Shown here: piece by piece, positions 18,963-27,744 of the stretch
Numbering within the stretch: position 1 is the stretch's first letter
How the letters are laid out: the number at the start of each line of letters is the position of its first letter
Source of the DNA: Telmatocola sphagniphila
Lineage (GTDB): Bacteria > Planctomycetota > Planctomycetia > Gemmatales > Gemmataceae
Direction of reading: 5' to 3'
NCBI RefSeq assembly: GCF_018398935.1
Contig: NZ_CP074694.1
Coordinates: 4,470,001 to 4,502,000 of the forward strand
DNA length: 32,000 nt
Position numbers and translations under genes: made by a program
Notes under the pieces: generated by a model
Database searches by the model: none
The model's input: the letters and a program-made list of their open reading frames with translations, nothing else
What the model was told of the DNA's origin: nothing

Positions 18963-19303
18963 GGTCGCCCCTTTTTTGTAAAAACCGTTGGGCAGGATGC
19001 AGCTCAGACAATCGAAATGTTGGGAGAAGCCAACTCATTGTACTCGGGCGATCCAGGCTAGATTCTCCGCTCGAAAAATTGGAGAATTGCCTCTTCGATT
19101 AACAGAGAGCCTAGTGCGCGAATTGGTGTTCCCAAAGAGTTCGTGAAATAATTAGAAGATCGTGTTCTGCCCTGAAAGCTGTGAGGAATTTCGAGCGGAA
19201 GCCCGCTCCTTCGGATATTGAAATTTGAGATTCCACTCGAAGATTTGCAGAATCGATCTAATCTTTATCGACGATCGGTCAATTTAAGTTCAAAAGGGGT
19301 GTT

Positions 19304-20365
19304 TTGATGGCCGTCTATTCTCAGCCAGCGCCCGAGCAGCGGGATGTGCGTTGCAAACATTCCGATAGCCTGCCCCCACTATTAGCCTCACTTCGTCTGA
19401 CATTGCTGCTTTCGACTTATCAAACCGGACATTTGGTCGCCGTCTGCGCGAGCGCGGGAAAGCTGGTGATAACGTTCCATCAATTCGATCGAGCTATGGG
19501 AATAGCCGTCAAAGAAGGAACTATAGCCGTTTGCACCCGAAGCGAAGTCTGGTTTCTTCGTTCCGTTCCCGATATCGCCGCCAAGCTCGAGCCGAGTGGT
19601 CTTTACGACGCTTGCTTCCTGGCGCGAACATCGCATTTCACCGGCGATATTCAGGCTCATGAAGCGGCCTGGATTGGAGAGGAATTCTGCGTCGTCAATA
19701 CGCGATTTTCCTGCATCAGCGCCTTACACCCTTACTACAGTTTTGCGCCGCGCTGGCGGCCGCCGTTCATCACGGCCTATGCTCCCGAAGATCGCTGTCA
19801 TCTGAATGGTTTGGCGATCGCCGCTGGCCAACCTCGATATGTCACGGCCCTCGCCGAAAGCGATGCCGCTCAAGGCTGGCGGCCGGCCAAAGCCTACAGC
19901 GGGTGCATCGTTGCTATCCCGACTGGGCAAATCGTTGCTCGCGGATTGTCGCTCCCGCATTCGCCGCGCGTACTGGGAGAGCGTCTTTATTTCCTGCAAT
20001 CCGGTTCTGGCACTCTCGATTACCTGGACCTCACCACGGGGCGCATCGCCACCGTCAGTTCTCTACCGGGGATAGCACGCGGGTTGGCGATTCATGCGGG
20101 CTACGCCTTCATCGGACTATCGAAAGCCCGACCAAGTCTGGAGGGAGTGCCGATTGTGGCAGATCGAGAAAAACTATTGTGTGGCCTTTCTGTGATCGAT
20201 TTGAATTCCGGACTCCAAGTGGCTTTTTTGGAATTTCAAACGGGTGTCGACGAACTCTTTGATATTCAAGTTCTTCCCGGAATTGCGTTTCCCTTTATCT
20301 CCGGTCCCTGGGCCGAGCGAGATCGCGGCCAGCCCTTCTGGACGATACCGCCGATGGGGAAATGA
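19304..20365 (+). CDS. TIGR03032-like conserved hypothetical protein (DUF4915-type)
   Basis: 353 aa. Motifs recalled for this family are LLLSTYQTGHLV, FSCISAL, DRCHLNGLA, LPHSPR, GIARGLA and FDIQVLPG. Assignment is from memory only. Confidence 0.55.
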   Translation: MMAVYSQPAPEQRDVRCKHSDSLPPLLASLRLTLLLSTYQTGHLVAVCASAGKLVITFHQFDRAMGIAVKEGTIAVCTRSEVWFLRSVPDIAAKLEPSGLYDACFLARTSHFTGDIQAHEAAWIGEEFCVVNTRFSCISALHPYYSFAPRWRPPFITAYAPEDRCHLNGLAIAAGQPRYVTALAESDAAQGWRPAKAYSGCIVAIPTGQIVARGLSLPHSPRVLGERLYFLQSGSGTLDYLDLTTGRIATVSSLPGIARGLAIHAGYAFIGLSKARPSLEGVPIVADREKLLCGLSVIDLNSGLQVAFLEFQTGVDELFDIQVLPGIAFPFISGPWAERDRGQPFWTIPPMGK

Positions 20366-20458
20366 AGCGAGTTTGGATTCGAAATACCCTCGCCAAAATA
20401 TCTCGCTCACCTAGATGCATTTTCCTCGTCGTGCGACCATTTCCAAAATTCTCTTGCT

Positions 20459-20482
20459 ATATTACACCTTAAGGTGTAATAT
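20459..20482. promoter_or_regulatory. Perfect 24-bp palindrome, candidate ArsR operator overlapping a sigma70-like promoter
   Basis: ATATTACACCTTAAGGTGTAATAT equals its own reverse complement. It lies 41 bp upstream of the arsR-like start at 20524. TTGCTA (20454-20459), a 17-nt spacer, then TAATAT (20477-20482). Confidence 0.7.
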
Positions 20483-20523
20483 CTAAGCAGTGCAGCATGG
20501 CCCTTTGCCCGAAGTGAAAAACT

Positions 20524-20871
20524 ATGGATCAGCTATCGAATGTTCTCACGGCCATCTCGCATCCGTCCCGACGGACGATGCTCCAGCGATTGACCACCGG
20601 TCCGGCCCGATTTACCGATATCGCGAAACCTTTCGATTTGTCGCTCAATGCGATTACGAAGCATTTGAAACTTCTCGAACGGGCGGGACTGATCGCACGA
20701 GAAAAACAAGGACGCGAGGTCTTTATTTCCCTCCGACCGGAGCCGTTGCGACTGGTGGCCGGTTGGGTGCACGAATACGAGAAATTCTGGACCGAACGTC
20801 TGGATGAATTCGAAGAGTTTTTCAAAACCCAAAGGAAAAAGAAGCATGAAAGAAAAAATGAAGACGATTGA
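20524..20871 (+). CDS. ArsR/SmtB-family winged-helix regulator (Cys-free, non-metal type)
   Basis: LTAISHPSRRTMLQRLTTGPARFTDIAKPFDLSLNAITKHLKLLERAGLIAREKQGREVF is a typical ArsR HTH plus wing. It contains no cysteine. The lysine-rich tail overlaps the next gene. Confidence 0.85.
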   Translation: MDQLSNVLTAISHPSRRTMLQRLTTGPARFTDIAKPFDLSLNAITKHLKLLERAGLIAREKQGREVFISLRPEPLRLVAGWVHEYEKFWTERLDEFEEFFKTQRKKKHERKNEDD

Positions 20872-21286
20872 TCTGGAACTGACGCGTTCCATTCCTGCAA
20901 CACCCGAAGAGGTGTACGACGGTTGGTTGGACCCGAAATGCCCGGGCACGCCTTGGAACCTGGCGGCCAAGTTCGTTCTGGATCCGAAGGTGGACGGCTT
21001 GTTTTACTGGTTGTACGTCGGCGAATCAGATAAGCATACCCCGCATTACGGCCGTTTCACTCTGGTGGAGCGGCCCGCTAAGATCCAATATACCTGGGTC
21101 TCGCCTCATACACACGGTAGGGAATCGCTGGTGACTGTGACGTTTCAACAACAGGGAGAGGATACTCTGATGAAACTTCGCCACGAGAATCTGCCGGATG
21201 ATGAGTCGGGTCGTAATCACGAGAAGGGTTGGGGCTTCTTCTTAGGAAAGTTCGCGGAAGGATTTGGAGGTCGGAAGGCGAACTAA
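20846..21286 (+). CDS. SRPBCC/AHSA1-domain protein (Aha1-like ligand-binding fold)
   Basis: MKEKMKTIDLELTRSIPATPEEVYDGWLDP...HYGRFTLVERPAKIQYTW...LVTVTFQQQGEDTLMKLRHENLPD matches the classic ArsR-adjacent SRPBCC pattern. The ATG at 20846 lies inside track ORF 20804..21286. Confidence 0.8.
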   Translation: MKEKMKTIDLELTRSIPATPEEVYDGWLDPKCPGTPWNLAAKFVLDPKVDGLFYWLYVGESDKHTPHYGRFTLVERPAKIQYTWVSPHTHGRESLVTVTFQQQGEDTLMKLRHENLPDDESGRNHEKGWGFFLGKFAEGFGGRKAN

Positions 21287-21406
21287 ATCCGCTTAGAATT
21301 TTTTGGCTTTTAGATTAAAATAATTAGGGTCGACAATTGGCAGGATCACTGGCCAAGGGACGACCCCTTAAATTCTCTAGATGCCAGAACCGCGAACTTG
21401 GGATCC

Positions 21407-21958
21407 ATGAAGAAAGACATTTCCAGAATCATTTTCCAGGCTAAACTTCTTCGCCCAGCTGAGCCCGGGACGGACCAGACCTGGAGCTTTCTGATTCTGC
21501 CGGGCAAGGTCAGTGCGAAATTGCCTTCGCGCAGCCAGACTAGCGTGGAGGGCAAGATCAACGGCTATCCGTTTCAGGCGACGTTGGAGCCGGATGGCCA
21601 GAAAAGCCACTGGTTGAAGGTGGATCAAAAATTACGTAAAGCCGCCAGGATGGAAGTGGGGGATGAGGTAACACTCGAAATTAAGCCCTTGGATCAAGAA
21701 CCGGAACTGGAGATTCCGGAGGATTTACACAAAGGCCTGATGGCAGATCCGAAAGCTCGAGATGTCTGGGCCGATATCACCCCGATTGCCCGGCGAGATT
21801 GGATTCATTGGATTACCTCTGCTAAAAGACCGGAGACGAGAACCCGGCGAGTGAAAAATGCCTGCGATATGCTTTCTTCGGGGAAGCGCCGGGTCTGCTG
21901 CTTCGATAGATCGGGTTTCTATAGCAAGAGTTTCAGAGCCCCGAAGGCGTTGGATTGA
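21407..21958 (+). CDS. DUF1905 plus YdeI/OmpD-associated domain protein
   Basis: N-terminal WSFLILPGKVSAKLPSRSQTSVEGKINGYPFQATLEPDGQKSHWLKV is DUF1905-like. C-terminal W..ITPIARRDWIHWITSAKRPETRTRRV is the YdeI motif. Confidence 0.8.
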   Translation: MKKDISRIIFQAKLLRPAEPGTDQTWSFLILPGKVSAKLPSRSQTSVEGKINGYPFQATLEPDGQKSHWLKVDQKLRKAARMEVGDEVTLEIKPLDQEPELEIPEDLHKGLMADPKARDVWADITPIARRDWIHWITSAKRPETRTRRVKNACDMLSSGKRRVCCFDRSGFYSKSFRAPKALD

Positions 21959-22006
21959 ATACGCTGGGGTAACAAGTTCCTGCTTGTGTTGCTTAAAAAC
22001 GAACCC

Positions 22007-22046
22007 AACGCTATCGCGGATGATCGCGATAGCGTTTTTTGTTTTT
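22007..22046. terminator. Bidirectional rho-independent terminator between convergent genes
   Basis: 12-bp perfect stem AACGCTATCGCG / CGCGATAGCGTT with loop GATGAT, followed by TTTTTTGTTTTT on the + strand and a T-rich run on the - strand. It sits between the stops at 21958 (+) and 22061 (-). Confidence 0.8.
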
Positions 22047-22060
22047 GTCAGGATGGTCGA

Positions 22061-22492
22061 TTATTTTTTGGTTCTGGCAGCAACTTCTGTTCGCAACCGT
22101 TCTTCCTGTTCACGTAACTCCGGGGTTAAGGCGTCGCCAAAATCCTCGGGGGAAAAGATCGGCCGGATTTCGATTTCCGATTCGCCGCTCATCGGATTCG
22201 GACAGCGCTTCACCCAGTCAATGGCCTCCTGCAATGATTTCACTTTCCAGAGCCAGAAGCCAGCAATTAACTCCTTGGTCTCGGCAAATGGACCATCTTT
22301 GACAGTACGTTCCCTACCGGAGAATAGCACCCGAGCCCCCTTCGAACTCGGCTGCAAGCCCTGTCCATCGAGCATAATGCCGGCCTTGACCAATTCTTCG
22401 TTGAATTTGCCCATTTCCGTCAGCAATTGTTCGCTGGGCATTACGCCAGCTTCGGACTCTTTGCTGGCCTTGATAATTACCATTACTTTCAT
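22061..22492 (-). CDS. YciI-like / DGPF-domain protein
   Basis: MKVMVIIKA...[14 protein letters not shown]...[30 protein letters not shown]. The DGPF motif is present. There is a 4-bp overlap with the upstream gene. Confidence 0.85.
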   Translation of the reverse strand: MKVMVIIKASKESEAGVMPSEQLLTEMGKFNEELVKAGIMLDGQGLQPSSKGARVLFSGRERTVKDGPFAETKELIAGFWLWKVKSLQEAIDWVKRCPNPMSGESEIEIRPIFSPEDFGDALTPELREQEERLRTEVAARTKK

Positions 22493-22890
22493 TTGCGTTT
22501 CTCCTCTGCGACTGCCGAACTTCTCTGGGCGATAAGTGTGTTGACCATTTCGTTAGCGGGGCGGATTTCAAAGGGCCCCATTTTTACACCCGGATGTCGA
22601 GACATCAGAGCGATGGCGTGATTCAGATCGCGGGCTTCCAGAAGCAGAATACCGCCGAGAGTTTCCTTGGTTTCCACATAGGGACCATCGGTCACTTCCA
22701 CCTGGCCTCCTTTCGAACGAAGCGTCACGGCATTGCGGGCGGAATCCAGGGCTTCCCCTCCCAGAAAGTGCCCGCCTCGGCGAAGTTCATCGTCGTAGGC
22801 AAAGCAATCCTCTATCATTTTCTGGGCTTCTTCCGGAGGAATTTGAGCAAACCGGGCTTCATCATAGAAACCTAAACAGACGTATTTCAT
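22489..22890 (-). CDS. YciI-like / DGPF-domain protein (paralogue)
   Basis: [11 protein letters not shown]...[12 protein letters not shown]...[31 protein letters not shown] (DGPY variant). Confidence 0.85.
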   Translation of the reverse strand: MKYVCLGFYDEARFAQIPPEEAQKMIEDCFAYDDELRRGGHFLGGEALDSARNAVTLRSKGGQVEVTDGPYVETKETLGGILLLEARDLNHAIALMSRHPGVKMGPFEIRPANEMVNTLIAQRSSAVAEEKRK

Positions 22891-23009
22891 ACACCTGGCC
22901 TTTCAGGAGAACGTTTGAAGACTTGTCTGGATTTCCTTTAAGCCAGACAATCAGCACTTAATCGAATGGGTCGGTTAGAAATCGACAGATTTTGCGATTT
23001 TCGAAGGAT

Positions 23010-24269
23010 TTATTTTGGGTCCTGCAATTCCCGAATCTTTTTCTCCAGGAATCTCCGTTCAGGCTCCTGGCGAGCCAGTTCGAATGCACGCTGATAGGCC
23101 AGGAGGGCTTCCGGATTTTTACCTAAGCGGCGGAGTAATTCACCACGGGCCGAGTGGGCCAGGTGATAATTTTCTAATTGGCCGCTCTGGAGGATGTCTT
23201 CTATCAGCCTCAAACCGGCTTCCGGTCCATCGCGCATCGCGACAGCGGCCGCCCTGTTTAATTCGACCACGGGTGAAGGGTCGATTTGCAACAAAAACGT
23301 GTAGAGCAGAACGATTTGATTCCAATCGGTTTCCGCCACAGAAGCCGATTGTGCATGAATGGCGGAAATCGCCGCTTGTAGCGTGTAAACACCAAATCTT
23401 TTAGAACGGAGCGCCTGTTCGACCAATTCTCGACCTTCAGAAATCCGCTTCTGATCCCAGCGCGAGCGGTCCTGTTGATCGAGAAGAATGATCTCCCCAT
23501 CCGAGGAAACGCGAGCTTCCCGCCGCGATTCGTGCAGCAGCATCAGAGCGAGCAGGCCTTGGACTTCCGGATCGGGGAGCAGATCCTGGAGCAGCCTTCC
23601 CAGTCGGATGGCCTCGGCCGTGAGATCGACTCGAAGTAAAGATTTACCCTGGGAGGCTGAGTAACCTTCGTTGAAGACGAGATAGATAGCTGCCAGAACC
23701 GCATCGAGGCGCGACGGCAGATCGGCGAGTGAGGGAACTTCGTATGGGATTTCTTCCTCGCGAATTTTGGCTTTACCGCGCACGATTCGCTGGGCCATCG
23801 TGGTCTTGGTGGTGAGAAATGCGCGGGCGATTTCTTCGGTCGTCAGTCCGCACACTTCGCGCAACGTCAGAGGCACTTGAATATCGGGATCGATGGCCGG
23901 ATGACAGCAAGTGAAAATCAGTCGCAATCGATCGTCTTCGATCTCCGCACTGGCCCGGATCGCATTCTCGGCCGCGAGATCGTCCATGCGGGCGGCAAAG
24001 GCCGGTTGCAGATTTTTCCAGCGAGATTGTCGTCGGATGGCATCGATGGCCTTGAACCGGCCAGTGGAAATCAACCAGGCCCGGGGATTTTCGGGGATAC
24101 CTGTACCCGGCCAATTCTCCAGGGCGGAGGCAAAGGCCTCGTGCATCGCTTCATCGGCCAGATCAAAATCGTTGAGGAGTCGGACCAGCGAAGCGTAGAC
24201 TCGTCGCGACTCGCTCCGGTAGAGGTCGTCGATTTGTTTCCGCAGGGCCGTGGTATCCGGTGTGGTCAT
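23010..24269 (-). CDS. ECF sigma factor with long C-terminal TPR-like extension (ECF42-type)
   Basis: Sigma region 2 (DLADEAMHEAFASALENWP) and region 4 HTH (LTLREVCGLTTEEIARAFLTTKTTMAQRIVRGKAKI), followed by a ~230-aa helical extension. No adjacent anti-sigma gene. Two DGPF genes lie downstream. ATG at 24269 is preferred over TTG at 24299. Confidence 0.85.
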   Translation of the reverse strand: MTTPDTTALRKQIDDLYRSESRRVYASLVRLLNDFDLADEAMHEAFASALENWPGTGIPENPRAWLISTGRFKAIDAIRRQSRWKNLQPAFAARMDDLAAENAIRASAEIEDDRLRLIFTCCHPAIDPDIQVPLTLREVCGLTTEEIARAFLTTKTTMAQRIVRGKAKIREEEIPYEVPSLADLPSRLDAVLAAIYLVFNEGYSASQGKSLLRVDLTAEAIRLGRLLQDLLPDPEVQGLLALMLLHESRREARVSSDGEIILLDQQDRSRWDQKRISEGRELVEQALRSKRFGVYTLQAAISAIHAQSASVAETDWNQIVLLYTFLLQIDPSPVVELNRAAAVAMRDGPEAGLRLIEDILQSGQLENYHLAHSARGELLRRLGKNPEALLAYQRAFELARQEPERRFLEKKIRELQDPK

Positions 24270-24492
24270 GGCCCTATCGTTTCGGTTTGGGAAGGGCAAA
24301 ATCCCTCATGCAAGTGGCCGTTCGAAGTACGAAAAGCCTTTATATGTGAAGTCGAAAGTTAATTCTATCAGAGAGAGGAGTAGTGTTCGATACTAGGAAA
24401 TTCAGGGCAGATCTAGGGCGACTTTACGTCGAATTTTAAATTCCTGTTACTCTGCCGTAATTTTCTAAGAGATTAAATAGCCCGCGCTTCTA

Positions 24493-25803
24493 TCAATTTG
24501 GGAAACATTTCCCGAAGGCAACCAGCAACTTCGGCGAGCCCTTGATCCGAATCTTCCGCGTTAGCAAAGCTCGAAGGAGTCCGCGTTCTTTCGCCAGGAA
24601 TCCCAGCCAGGTTTCACTATCCGCGGTCATTCGGAGATCGGCAGTTCCTTCGTGACCGTCCGCCACCCGCAGAGTCTTTTCCTGGATAACGACGGTCGCT
24701 TTGACATTTTCCTTACCCGTAAAAGTGAAATGATAAACGGCATTCAAACCAGCGGACTGGCCGCGTTGAAAAGTGCGTTGGATTCCTGTTAAGAAACCCG
24801 GGATACTTCTTGGCAGCAGACTGCCGCGCACATGCTTCACTTTTTTGTGTGGAAATCGCCTCCGAACGTAATCGTCCGCATCCGACTTCGGCACCACGTA
24901 AATGGTCTCTTCTTTTTCCTGCAGTGGTTTCACTATCTCTTCCAGGAAACCTTTGCGATCCGCTTGAAACGGCCCAATGACCTCCTCCCCGGCGGGGCAT
25001 ACGGACAGACAGTAGGCCGCTTTGTAGTTGGGCCCGAAGGCGAGACTCTGCCACATCGACACGGTTTCCTCGCGAGCAACTTTCTTGCGCAAATCGAGAC
25101 CATTTTTGGAATCCGCGATCTGTTCCACCCAGTCGCCGAAGCCACCCATGAATTCCCGATAATTGTGCGTGTAACAGGAAGCCAGATCGAACTGTCCATC
25201 GGGTGAAATCGCTCCGACCGGGCAGGCCGCGACGCAGAGCTTGCAGGAGAGGCAGGGATTGTAGTCAATCGGTTGGTTGTACTCGGTCGCTTCTTCCCCG
25301 ATGAGGACCGTGCCCAACAAAATGAAGTTGCCGAATTTCGGATGAATCACGTTGCGGTGAATTCCCATTCGCCCCAGACCGGCCGCGACTGCCACCGGCT
25401 TGTGGGAGACTACCCACATCTTCTCCGTCCACTTGTCGGATTCCATCGGAAATCCCATCGGAGAGTTAATCGCGGGAATACCTTGGCTTTCGAGAGTCTT
25501 TACGATCGCCCGGCAGACATCGTTGACTTCTTCGCCAGTAGTGTGAAATTCCAGATTCGCCACCGATCGGGCTGGATTGCGGATCGGTTCCCGATTCATC
25601 CGACAGACAATCGAAAGGAGCGATTTCGTTTTCGGGTAAAACTTCAGAATGTCGGCTCGCTGATCCTCCAATTCCGGATCGCCGATCTCTACTACACCGG
25701 CGTCGTCCGCTCCACTGTCCAAAGCGAATTGCCGCAAGCGCCCGGCATCGATCTTCCGAGTGTTCGCATCTTGCTGAAGCACGGGTAGCGATCTGGCGAC
25801 CAT
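24493..25803 (-). CDS. QueG/reductive-dehalogenase-like 4Fe-4S protein fused to a C-terminal SCP2 lipid-binding domain
   Basis: AAGLGRMGIHRNVIHPKFGNFILLGTVLIGEE...CLSCKLCVAACPVGAI is QueG-like (C-x2-C-x2-C-x3-CP). A degenerate second cluster is CLSVCPAGEE. The C-terminal ~100 aa NAVYHFTFTG...ADLRMTADSETWLGFL...RKIRIKGSPKLLVAFGKCF is SCP2-like. Confidence 0.75.
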   Translation of the reverse strand: MVARSLPVLQQDANTRKIDAGRLRQFALDSGADDAGVVEIGDPELEDQRADILKFYPKTKSLLSIVCRMNREPIRNPARSVANLEFHTTGEEVNDVCRAIVKTLESQGIPAINSPMGFPMESDKWTEKMWVVSHKPVAVAAGLGRMGIHRNVIHPKFGNFILLGTVLIGEEATEYNQPIDYNPCLSCKLCVAACPVGAISPDGQFDLASCYTHNYREFMGGFGDWVEQIADSKNGLDLRKKVAREETVSMWQSLAFGPNYKAAYCLSVCPAGEEVIGPFQADRKGFLEEIVKPLQEKEETIYVVPKSDADDYVRRRFPHKKVKHVRGSLLPRSIPGFLTGIQRTFQRGQSAGLNAVYHFTFTGKENVKATVVIQEKTLRVADGHEGTADLRMTADSETWLGFLAKERGLLRALLTRKIRIKGSPKLLVAFGKCFPN

Positions 25804-25813
25804 GTCGTCTCCA

Positions 25814-25833
25814 ATATTTGTATATGCAATTAA
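25814..25833 (-). promoter_or_regulatory. 20-nt box, copy 1 (candidate MarR operator/promoter element) upstream of the Fe-S/SCP2 gene
   Basis: ATATTTGTATATGCAATTAA on the + strand, 10 nt from start codon 25803. It matches 26304-26323 at 19/20 positions in the same orientation. It contains the near-palindrome TTGTAT.ATGCAA. Confidence 0.6.
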
Positions 25834-25847
25834 TTGGCGAAAAAATT

Positions 25848-26291
25848 TTAACCCAGGTTTTTCTTAACCCGCTCGATGGCACTCTCGAGCATCTGCAGGC
25901 CCTGGCCTCCGAGCAGTTTTTTCGCTTCGGCCTGAGCTTTCTCCCAGGCGGGGATGGCTTTTTCCATGAGTCGCCGACCTTCCTCGGTCAAACGGAACGG
26001 GTGAGACCGGCCATCTTCGTCCGGCAGGATTTCCAGCCAGCCATTTTCCACCATGCGTTCCACGGTCCGACTGAGGGTGGAGGTGTCGAGTTCAAGGATT
26101 TCACAAACCTGGGCCGGTCGTGCAATCCCGAGTTTCGCGGTAACCGCCAGTACGTTGCCCTGGCTCAGTTTCACACCTAATGGTCGAAGGGCATCGTCGT
26201 ACAGATTGGTAATCACGCGATTGAGGAGGCGCAGCCGCCCAGCAATGCAATGGGTGGCGATTGTCTCAATAGTAGTGACCGGTTTACTCAT
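25848..26291 (-). CDS. MarR family transcriptional regulator
   Basis: MSKPVTTIETIATHCIAGRLRLLNRVITNLYDDALRPLGVKLSQGNVLAVTAKLG..QVCEILELDTSTLSRTVERMVENGWLEILPDEDGRSHPFRLTEEGRRL is a typical MarR wHTH. Alternative starts are 26303 (ATG) and 26348 (GTG, track). Confidence 0.85.
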   Translation of the reverse strand: MSKPVTTIETIATHCIAGRLRLLNRVITNLYDDALRPLGVKLSQGNVLAVTAKLGIARPAQVCEILELDTSTLSRTVERMVENGWLEILPDEDGRSHPFRLTEEGRRLMEKAIPAWEKAQAEAKKLLGGQGLQMLESAIERVKKNLG

Positions 26292-26303
26292 AACTCCCAG
26301 CAT

Positions 26304-26323
26304 ATATTTGTATACGCAATTAA
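26304..26323 (-). promoter_or_regulatory. 20-nt box, copy 2, upstream of the marR-like gene
   Basis: ATATTTGTATACGCAATTAA, located exactly 490 bp from copy 1 and abutting the marR start region. Confidence 0.6.
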
Positions 26324-26449
26324 ATGGCTCGTCAAGCGGAATTCTCACCGGTTAGCACGGTGAATCTGTTGCTATTTTTCCTACTTCGATCAGATTCGCC
26401 GGGCTCTCGGCTTCGGTGCTTTTGACGCGGCAGGAATGATATCGAATAC

Positions 26450-26842
26450 TCAGTCGACGATGATATGCAGCTTGGCTTTGAAATTTTTATCGCCGGTGAG
26501 CGGGCAAACTTTCATGGCCTCAATACTAGGGATCACCGGCAGCGGATTCTGAACGTCGGGGAATTTGTAAAGAGAAATCGTCTCTCCTGTATGGTGGTCC
26601 CAGACTTTCATGACCGGCGTCGGTTTTGCTTCGCTTCGCTTCCACTGCAAGTAAACGAATTTTTTCGTTTCGGGATCGAAAGCCGTGTACTGATCCATGA
26701 TCTTACCGCCTCCGAAGCGGACCTCGTAAGTTACCGTTTTATCCCCTTCCTGGCTGGTCACCTGATAGATATTCCCAGCGTGAACCGGGGTAATTCCAAT
26801 CAGGAGAGCAGTCAGAGCAAATGCAATAATGCGCAGGTACAT
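26450..26842 (-). CDS. Hypothetical small secreted protein
   Basis: Signal peptide MYLRIIAFALTALLIGITPVHA. 130 aa. No family recognised. Confidence 0.6.
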   Translation of the reverse strand: MYLRIIAFALTALLIGITPVHAGNIYQVTSQEGDKTVTYEVRFGGGKIMDQYTAFDPETKKFVYLQWKRSEAKPTPVMKVWDHHTGETISLYKFPDVQNPLPVIPSIEAMKVCPLTGDKNFKAKLHIIVD

Positions 26843-26940
26843 AGCAGCCTCGGCCGTAAGGTTCTTTTAAAGGTTGTCGCTGTTTTTTAGACGAGACTGG
26901 GTGGGAAACGGATTTTTCGATTTGCCCTTCAGCGCAGGCC

Positions 26941-27345
26941 TTATTCGGCTTTAGGCCGTTTCTTTCGCTGAGCGGCGGTTTTTTCGGTATCTTGCCGGAC
27001 TCGTAGTCTCACGATCTTTTCGATCAGCTCGTAAGGTATAGGCTCATTCAGGGGAAACTGAAGATTCCCCTTTGGCCCCCTATAACGGGCGAGGCATTTC
27101 TCGATAGTTTTGTTGCCGGAAATCGGTGGATAGAGACCGATATGGTTTTCCCAGGCCGCGAAGTAGACAAGAATTCCATTCTGCTTGAAAGCGGGCATCC
27201 GATAGCTGATCATTTCCTTCGCTTCCGGAGCCGCTTGCCGGATGGTCTGACGAATCTTTTTCAGAATCGCCTGAACATTGCCTGGGAAAATCGCTATGTA
27301 GTTGTCGATATCCAGCGCTTGGGAAGCCTTACTCTCTTTCGGCAT
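26941..27345 (-). CDS. DUF1801 (YdhG-like) domain protein
   Basis: IDNYIAIFPGNVQAILKKIRQTIRQAAPEAKEMISYRMPAFKQNGILVYFAAWENHIGLYP is the classic DUF1801 pattern. It starts 12 nt after the arsC stop on the same strand. Confidence 0.8.
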   Translation of the reverse strand: MPKESKASQALDIDNYIAIFPGNVQAILKKIRQTIRQAAPEAKEMISYRMPAFKQNGILVYFAAWENHIGLYPPISGNKTIEKCLARYRGPKGNLQFPLNEPIPYELIEKIVRLRVRQDTEKTAAQRKKRPKAE

Positions 27346-27357
27346 GAATAGATCACT

Positions 27358-27744
27358 CTAAATTGAATCGATTAGTTCTTTGACTTTAACCTCAATGAGC
27401 GTTCGGACTTCCAAAAATTGATCAGGAGTCATATCCCTCGGATCGGGTATCTGCCATTCGATTCTTTTGTTTGTTATCACGCGTGGACATTCATCGCCAC
27501 ATCCCATGGTTACGGCCGCGTCGAATTCCTGGCCAATGAATTCGTCCAATCCTTTCGAGGAATGTGAAGTCAAATCGTAGCCGAGCAATTTCATGGCGTC
27601 GATGGCTTTGGGATTGATTCGTCCCGAAGGACGAGAACCAGCGCTATAAGCTTCTATTTTACCCGCACCATGGATGCGGGCGAAGGCCTGAGCCATCTGG
27701 CTGCGATTGCTATTTTCGATGCAGACGAAGATAACGCGCTTCAT
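27358..27744 (-). CDS. arsC: Arsenate reductase, low-molecular-weight phosphatase family
   Basis: P-loop VIFVCIENSNRSQMA (C-x5-R-S), a downstream Cys pair in GCGDECP, and the DP motif IPDPRD. Its start overlaps the aquaporin stop (ATGA). Confidence 0.85.
   Translation of the reverse strand: MKRVIFVCIENSNRSQMAQAFARIHGAGKIEAYSAGSRPSGRINPKAIDAMKLLGYDLTSHSSKGLDEFIGQEFDAAVTMGCGDECPRVITNKRIEWQIPDPRDMTPDQFLEVRTLIEVKVKELIDSI

Noticed and set aside
24270-24492. Autoregulatory ECF42 promoter upstream of the sigma gene
   Set aside because: I could not identify a convincing -35/-10 pair from memory of the group motif. The region is left unannotated.
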